DNA of 64,000 bases from Aplysia californica (lineage: Eukaryota). Location of the stretch: the NCBI RefSeq assembly GCF_000002075.1, contig NW_004797283.1, positions 1,021,581 to 1,085,580 on the forward strand, given 5' to 3'. The notes beneath the pieces were generated by a model. The model saw only the letters and a program-made list of their open reading frames with translations, ran no database searches and had not been told where the DNA came from. Shown here piece after piece: positions 62,201 to 64,000 of this stretch; position 1 is the first letter of the stretch, and every line of letters begins with the position of its first letter. A program made the position numbers and the translations under genes.

Positions 62201-62880
62201 ATTCACTGAAATCTTTTGGGGGAAAATGAGGATTTTTATACAGTGTGAGGATACAGTTGTAGTGCAGGCAAACAGACATTTATGACGAATTATGAGAAAA
62301 AACGAAACAACATAAAACAATCTAATCAAAAGATGCTCCAACTTCTAGAAAGTAACATCCCAATACTTTTTGTATATATATATATATACATATCATTTTT
62401 GGGTATTATATCTTGACATTCTCAAAGCCTTTTTGTTTTACTGATTGATATGTCAACTAATCAGTTGTTGTTTTTGTAAGAATGCTTTTGCTTGACAATA
62501 CTTCTCTAAAATCTGCCTATAATGTCTTTTTCAGGTATCTGTTTGGAAACAAGGATAAGTGGTATGAGCCCCCCTCCGTCGGTGCAACAAAGCAAAGGAG
62601 ACCCCCCCCTGCAGGACCGTCAGTTGTTCCAGCACCAGAGGCAGACAATAGACAAGTCGAGCCAGCCATACAAATAGGCCAGGCTTCCAATGCAGAAGAC
62701 ACAAACTGTGAAAATGGGGGCATTGAAGGGCTGGGTGATTTAGATGAGGCTCAAAGAATTTTAGCAGATGCTCCTCCTTTGGATATTCTTTCCCTTACTA
62801 GACAGAATGTCCTATCAGATTTTGCTCTGCACCAAACAAGCTTTGAAAGTGATATGAGCACTCTAAAAATAAGCAAATAA
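14430..62880 (+). CDS. RIG-I-like receptor (RLR family DExD/H-box RNA helicase with CTD), spliced gene model of 15 coding exons, about 868 aa; no intact N-terminal CARDs
   Basis: Exons join in phase through GT-AG introns (2607 nt including stop). Motifs: LRDYQ (Q), APTGSGKT (I), VVFLARTVPLVKQQ (Ia), TPQIL, DECHH (II), LGLTAS (III), IIFVSTR (IV), ATTVAEEGLDI (V), QRMGRCR (VI), then a CTD with CKIC and CKEKEC Zn ligands and KWKD. Orthology to DDX58, IFIH1 or DHX58 cannot be assigned by eye. Confidence 0.92.
15040..15500 (-). mobile_element. Degenerate L2/CR1-group RT fragment
   Basis: CSLDHIPT...ITSVINESLQSGVLPSSLKQALV and FDTIDYTILL. Confidence 0.7.
16873..17064 (+). CDS. RLR coding exon 2 (N-terminal helical/acidic segment)
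   Basis: TTTCAG acceptor; reads FCDNFFKIKLTEKEF...DDDEAQG; G|GTGAAA donor; phase 1/1. Confidence 0.75.
17660..17948. repeat. About 290-bp MITE-like dispersed repeat (second copy about 35089-35387)
   Basis: Both copies share GGTCACCTGGTGTCAG...AAAATGG...GAGCACCTGATTTCACCAC...TGCCTC. Confidence 0.65.
17995..18153 (+). CDS. RLR coding exon 3 (Q motif, Walker A)
   Basis: [37 protein letters not shown] acceptor and GTACTT donor. Confidence 0.93.
18487..18640 (+). repeat. Dispersed about 160-bp repeat family (SINE-like or other non-autonomous element)
   Basis: GGTGCTCTGGT(A/G)TGGTTTGCT...TATGACCT...GTGTTGCAAGTGCCGTAAAAC...CTAAAAC recurs at about 13690-13852, 36248-36420 and 35690-35790 (+), and 29090-29270, 47595-47768 and 51325-51445 (-). 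Confidence 0.75.
18897..19856. mobile_element. TTAA-flanked MITE (piggyBac-like), outer element
   Basis: TTAA-CTCTTTATCTCCGA ... TCGAACATAAAGAG-TTAA imperfect TIRs. Confidence 0.55.
18992..19656. mobile_element. TTAA-flanked MITE (piggyBac-like), nested inner element
   Basis: TTAA-CTCGCTCAATCCCA ... TGGGATTGAGTGAG-TTAA TIRs (13 of 14 match). Confidence 0.75.
20085..20300 (-). mobile_element. RTE-like LINE 3' fragment
   Basis: ILQGSVQGKRSRGRPKKSWEDNIKEWTG...DRKEW. Confidence 0.8.
20488..20680 (+). repeat. tRNA-derived SINE-like fragment
   Basis: Box A-like TAGTCTAGTGGTTAG followed by GTTGTGTCCT.GAGAAAGGCACT. Related cores occur at about 1460-1482 (+) and 27312-27335 (-). Confidence 0.5.
21504..21607 (+). 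CDS. RLR coding exon 4 (motif Ia)
   Basis: KKVVFLARTVPLVKQQYDNLQRHLG; TTCTAG acceptor and GTAAGT donor. Absent from the ORF track. Confidence 0.92.
24566..25145 (+). mobile_element. Tc1/mariner internal-deletion derivative
   Basis: TA TSDs; 27-bp TIR CAGACTTCAACA(T/A)AAGTTAAGGACCAC; retains the paired-like HTH RARAMAWLQDGVGAREVARRF...GRPKKT but no DDE domain. Confidence 0.9.
25396..25647 (+). CDS. RLR coding exon 5 (motifs Ib/Ic, II DECH)
   Basis: DIIVMTPQILLNHL...VVFDECHHTNKKETYNILM...PQ; AATAG acceptor and GTTATG donor; phase 0/0. Confidence 0.95.
27512..27674 (+). CDS. RLR coding exon 6 (motif III)
   Basis: ILGLTASLGVGNA...CGNLD; TTGCAG acceptor and GTAACT donor. Confidence 0.94.
28445..28543 (+). 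CDS. RLR coding exon 7 (Hel2/Hel2i start)
   Basis: NVNLQRRGLDNFVENMNSYMTKIEKRI; TCACAG acceptor and GTAAAT donor; phase 1/1. Confidence 0.85.
30084..30256 (+). CDS. RLR coding exon 8 (Hel2i)
   Basis: PDKKLQAYRQRIVLVRQ...LTRRLE; TTTCAG acceptor and GTAAGC donor. Confidence 0.87.
30492..31066 (+). mobile_element. RTE-like LINE 3' fragment
   Basis: PILLYGCKAW, RRMLRIP, GKRGRGRQR, DRVKWRSMV; ends in an ATGATGATG tail. Confidence 0.85.
32040..32570. repeat. 28-bp minisatellite
   Basis: GACAATAAACAAATCATTACT(A/T)(C/T)AGT(T/A)A in tandem, roughly 18-19 copies. Confidence 0.9.
32730..33150 (+). mobile_element. Highly degenerate RTE-like fragment
   Basis: WT...HANKLNRFHL, IHWRDKI and YSELVCGK fragments with frameshifts. 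Confidence 0.5.
33488..33590 (+). CDS. RLR coding exon 9 (Hel2i)
   Basis: VCSEALDLYDLADTQEVQKFL resembles the RIG-I YNDALIISE helix; CCTCAG acceptor and GTTGGT donor. Confidence 0.8.
34880..35009 (+). mobile_element. 5'-truncated copy (about 130 bp) of the 53006-57647 Ingi-like family
   Basis: Near-identical to that element's 3' end, with a (CAA)n tail; 12-bp TSD AAGCCTGTTTAC at 34868-34879 and 35010-35021. Confidence 0.9.
36547..36780 (+). CDS. RLR coding exon 10 (motif IV); 5' boundary uncertain
   Basis: PNKNLQNLEKVLQE...SRCIIFVSTRALAKAL; donor GTAAGA at 36781. The phase-compatible acceptor is the weaker CCAAG at 36546. Confidence 0.85.
36983..37097. mobile_element. Tiny TA-flanked MITE (Tc1/pogo superfamily)
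   Basis: TA-CAGTTGAGCCTGTCCAAAATGACCA ... TGGTCATTAGAGCAGGTTCGACTG-TA. Confidence 0.65.
38370..38537 (+). CDS. RLR coding exon 11 (motif V and first half of VI)
   Basis: EQNLLLKSFREGEVNVLVATTVAEEGLDITECSLVIMYNHVGNEVSRIQRMG; TTACAG acceptor and GTATTA donor. Confidence 0.95.
41358..45338 (-). CDS. LINE polyprotein: AP endonuclease + reverse transcriptase + RNase H + C-terminal Cys/His motif (uninterrupted, 1326 aa)
   Basis: EN: LLQET, GDFNGHS, SDHRPI. RT: YRPISLTS, QAGFR, GLPQGS, YADD. RNase H: YTDGS, AEMMAI, IFTDS, WVPGH...GNDRAD. C-terminal CPLC...HHLFHC. First ATG at 45299. Confidence 0.96.
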   Translation of the reverse strand: MGRQSTNTPLHNAMTQRNKLHASSGVASLNKVRARQRNHQAALSDKSATGDTHRNSAKPAPKISRREKGANYIPNQKKSSLNLLQLNICGLRNKKTELLKVLKDRQIHVALLQETLHKGTDLNLTRYTSYACTCTGCRGVVTYLRNDVLGDVVHLSSAQPTDIQKATIWHIGRKYTLYNVYSPPQTTCDLSDLQAASYEKTICAGDFNGHSPECGYVNYNGTGRKIEELCETSNLSVLQDVNSTPTLLHIAHLTLSRPDLTICSSDIKNSCRIEVIDDIGSDHRPIFIQITSPPALNHPRRTRWNFKKANWAEYEKTSDELLSSIEETEDADLFNEQVTENILKAASQHIPRGCRRNFKPFWSEEIQTAVAEREKARQSLEKSPSTINKIHYNKTCAQVKVTVKKPKKEKWTQTCKDLDLCHNGTKAWSLVSNLSGERQKSNPKPFFLSGSTITEDQKKAEHFNRFFASVNRAGRLIEADRLLINRAKHKEKAPTVNNSLFEEDYSMVGLSQALKKLREKKAPGPDKIHNEMLCHLGAKGKEVLLSLINTTWRTSGIPKAWRIAQITPLLKNGKPPGEAKSYRPISLTSCIGKLAERMINNRLYWYLENTNSLNPHQAGFRKGSNTEDQLFKLSQNIQDGFQESKHTVAIFVDLQQAYDRVWRKGLLMKLMDLGIHGKLYKWIKFFLSDRNIETKVNNAHSSREVLEEGLPQGSCLSCTLFLIFFNDVTNVLKSEKTLYADDLALWQTHHSTIVGAGKLNEDLKRLHNYCQKWKLKINCTKTVYTIFTKSHKAAKENLKLKIGNESLPKEEHPTYLGIKLDHRLTMKSQVENIRNKAKKRLQLLKKLASSSWGSDKQTLRALYLGYVRSSLEYSNSLLTMCSTTTCNTLDKVQNNALRFINGGMRSTPTAACEILANVEPLGIRRDRAVLELHERTKRMCLNHPNRKLVETWKPKKRIQQKSIMHHITELMESHHLPQNRKETKRVNQNIPPHLSLKKPIITTSLKDKSTKSSDPVTLMLASHQTIDSYSDDWIHVYTDGSAFKGTTKAGYGILIQYPDGSSNEISAACGEKCSNYDAEMMAIETALYHLRTVFDTHPGKAQSIVIFTDSLSVLQAIENDHYLNQDLTHILFGSHHLITFCGINLVMQWVPGHSDIPGNDRADTLAKWGSRQEQPNTPTSYNTAKQIIKSNNKQDWMNRWALGKTGRAVFRHMTTTKRNDNIKRLQRKKQTTIFRLRTEHIQLNFHLNRINPELPPMCPLCDYAYETVEHHLFHCTALNDIRATLLPPRPNIDNTLYGTLQQLQQTCTYHYMALDRRARAQLLLDR
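45688..45949 (-). ncRNA. Predicted HDV-like self-cleaving ribozyme with about 170-nt J1/2 insertion
   Basis: Minus strand: P1 AGCGTCT (45949-45943)/AGACGCT (45748-45742); P2 AGGCAGA (45772-45766)/TCTGCCT (45694-45688); P3 CCAC-CGATGC-GTGG; P4 CCTACTC/GAGTGGG; J4/2 CTAA. Confidence 0.7.
46105..47275 (+). mobile_element. 5'-truncated RTE-clade LINE (RT and C-terminus, frameshifted), (ATG)n tail
   Basis: FLDYEKAFDS, GLRQGCLLSPFLF, DFADD, SVLLYGCETW, GRPHGTW; tail ATGATGATG at about 47258-47275. Confidence 0.9.
48321..48562 (+). CDS. RLR coding exon 12 (end of motif VI, pincer)
   Basis: GRCR completes QxxGRxR, followed by NREKAVLMNNALKDI pincer-like helices; TTTTAG acceptor and GTAAGC donor. 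Confidence 0.92.
48790..51323. mobile_element. pogo/Tigger-like MITE containing a nested Tc1 remnant
   Basis: TA-CAGTGGAACTTGGATTCA ... TGAATCCAAGTTCCATTG-TA, with internal repeats of GGATTCAACGAA. Confidence 0.75.
49990..51000 (+). pseudogene. Degenerate Tc1-family transposase
   Basis: Frameshifted fragments LPRLSPEER, DRPRPGRPQV-TAQEDR and FQQDNARSH. Confidence 0.75.
51721..51803 (+). CDS. RLR coding exon 13 (CTD first Zn pair)
   Basis: KCKICHRLAVKSCDLRLIHKMHRVVVN aligns to RIG-I CRKC...DVRVIEECHYTV; TTTCAG acceptor and GTAAGA donor. Absent from the ORF track. Confidence 0.9.
53006..57647 (-). mobile_element. Full-length but decayed Ingi-like LINE (EN-RT-RNaseH, frameshifted) with 14-bp TSD
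   Basis: ORF fragments 56419-56874, 56035-56343, 55544-55918, 55163-55480, 53844-55025 and 53163-53729 are collinear with the 1326-aa ORF. It ends LLDR* plus (CAA)n. TSD ACCACATACATTTT at 52992-53005 and 57648-57661. Confidence 0.93.
57564..57647 (-). ncRNA. Predicted compact HDV-like ribozyme (L1Tc/ingi Pr77-like) at the exact 5' end of the LINE
   Basis: Minus strand: CCCCCCC AAATA GACCCACCTCTTCGTGGT GGGGGGG ATAAGTG CTCTT...AAGAG GAAGCTAA CGGGTC. P1 starts at the TSD junction. It shares the CCACCTC-N-GTGGT and GAAGCTAA pattern of the trypanosomatid Pr77 hallmark. Confidence 0.78.
58658..59095 (+). repeat. Two degenerate tRNA-head SINE-like copies
   Basis: TGGTGC.AT...GGCTCTT...CTATCATGCAGAG...AGTTTGA.TC...GCCCTGACAGGCAG repeated at about 58660 and 58953. 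Confidence 0.45.
60658..60915 (+). CDS. RLR coding exon 14 (CTD second Zn pair)
   Basis: AKVFCKEKECDNSIG...YK...WKWKD; TTTCAG acceptor in phase 2; ends GA|GTAAGT (or reads to TAA at 60917-60919). Confidence 0.9.
62535..62880 (+). CDS. RLR coding exon 15 (114-aa Pro/acidic C-terminal extension)
   Basis: TTTTTCAG acceptor at 62534; phase 2 matches the donor at 60916; open frame, more GC-rich than the flanks, to TAA at 62878-62880. Confidence 0.65.
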
Positions 62881-63471
62881 AGTCAAGGGAGTAATAGAAA
62901 GCAGTGGAAGGTACTTTTTTTTTTGCAGTTGTTGGATTTTGTTATGATTTAGAACGCATTTTTTTAAAAACATCTGTTGGGTCAGAAATCTTTTCATTAT
63001 GTATGAATTTTGCTAATTATGAATTTCAAGCTGTATCAAGGGAGGTGGACAAATTTGGACTTCTGGGCCTAAAATTTAAATTAATTATACCCCTATGCCG
63101 AGCAGATTTGGGTTTTTCATATATTGACTTCACATCTGCTAGGACAAGCTTTCTGGCTTCTGTTGCTCCGCAATGGTCCACTCTGTACCAAAACTTCACA
63201 GAAAACTAACTTTGCAGAATGTCAGAAAGCTGTTTCGTCGTGTGTAATCTCTGTTGAAAATGAAGAGTGTTGATACACAAGGCAACAATCGATATAATCG
63301 AATACATGCCTTCACGTGACCACATACTCCCAATACGTAACTGAAGTGTGTAGGTTAGATTCACCATTGAACACTTCAGTGATGTATGTAATAAACAGGT
63401 CAACGGCCTACACTATTGCCCTTGGCTTATAGCAAGAACGTTGGCCTGCACTCACACCATGCCTGTTCCCC

Positions 63472-63478
<7 letters not shown>

Positions 63479-63517
<39 letters not shown>

Positions 63518-63547
63518 TCTCTCACACACACACACACACACATACAC
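63479..63547. repeat. (CT)n(CA)n compound microsatellite
   Basis: Direct observation. Confidence 0.9.
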
Positions 63548-64000
63548 GCAGCATGGCTACTTCGGTGATGGAAATTTGCAGTTGTGTTTAATTAGTGCTA
63601 CCCTCACATGTTTATGCTATGTGCATATTTTGAATACAAAGAATGTTTAAAAAGAAATTTGGGACCTGAAAATTTGTTTACTATGTGAGTTTTTCTCAAT
63701 ATAGGCATCAGCTCTATGTGCGAGTTAGACTGCAAATAAAAGCTTAATGTTGGCACGAAGGCCTTAAAGTTGATATTCCTAACACATTCAGTATATACTT
63801 TAAAACGTTTTGGATCCTCAAGTTGAGGTTATTGATAAGGTCAGTTTATATTTGAAAGAATTTTGACATTCTTAAGTTGTTGTGAATGTTCTGCATATTT
63901 ACAGGCTTTATGTGAGAAAATGGGGTTTTAAAATTGATGCACTGAAGGGTAGAGAGAGAATATTTAGTTTTGCCTCATTTTGCTTCACTTTTATTGGAAA

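Overview
This is AT-rich, repeat-rich eukaryotic (invertebrate animal) DNA with six N-gaps. A mollusc, possibly a gastropod, is my inference only. One spliced + strand gene dominates the window: a RIG-I-like receptor (RLR) DExD/H RNA helicase. I reconstructed it from 15 phase-compatible GT-AG coding exons (14430-62880, about 868 aa), plus a probable non-coding first exon ending at 9318. All helicase motifs (Q, I-VI) and the Zn-binding C-terminal domain (CTD) are present. Four features are unusual: no intact CARD tandem (about 84 aa N-terminus with a possible half-CARD remnant), a remodelled 5'-triphosphate pocket, a 114-aa extra C-terminal exon whose splice donor overlaps a stop codon, and a tandem ISRE-like element upstream. 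The introns are full of transposons. Two approximately 4.6-kb Ingi-like EN-RT-RNaseH LINEs lie antisense to the gene: one has an intact 1326-aa ORF, the other is decayed and nested in a piggyBac-like element. Each begins with a predicted HDV-like self-cleaving ribozyme. Also present are a 5'-truncated copy of the same family, RTE and L2/CR1 fragments, Tc1, pogo/Tigger-like and TTAA-targeting MITEs, SINE-like repeats and minisatellites.
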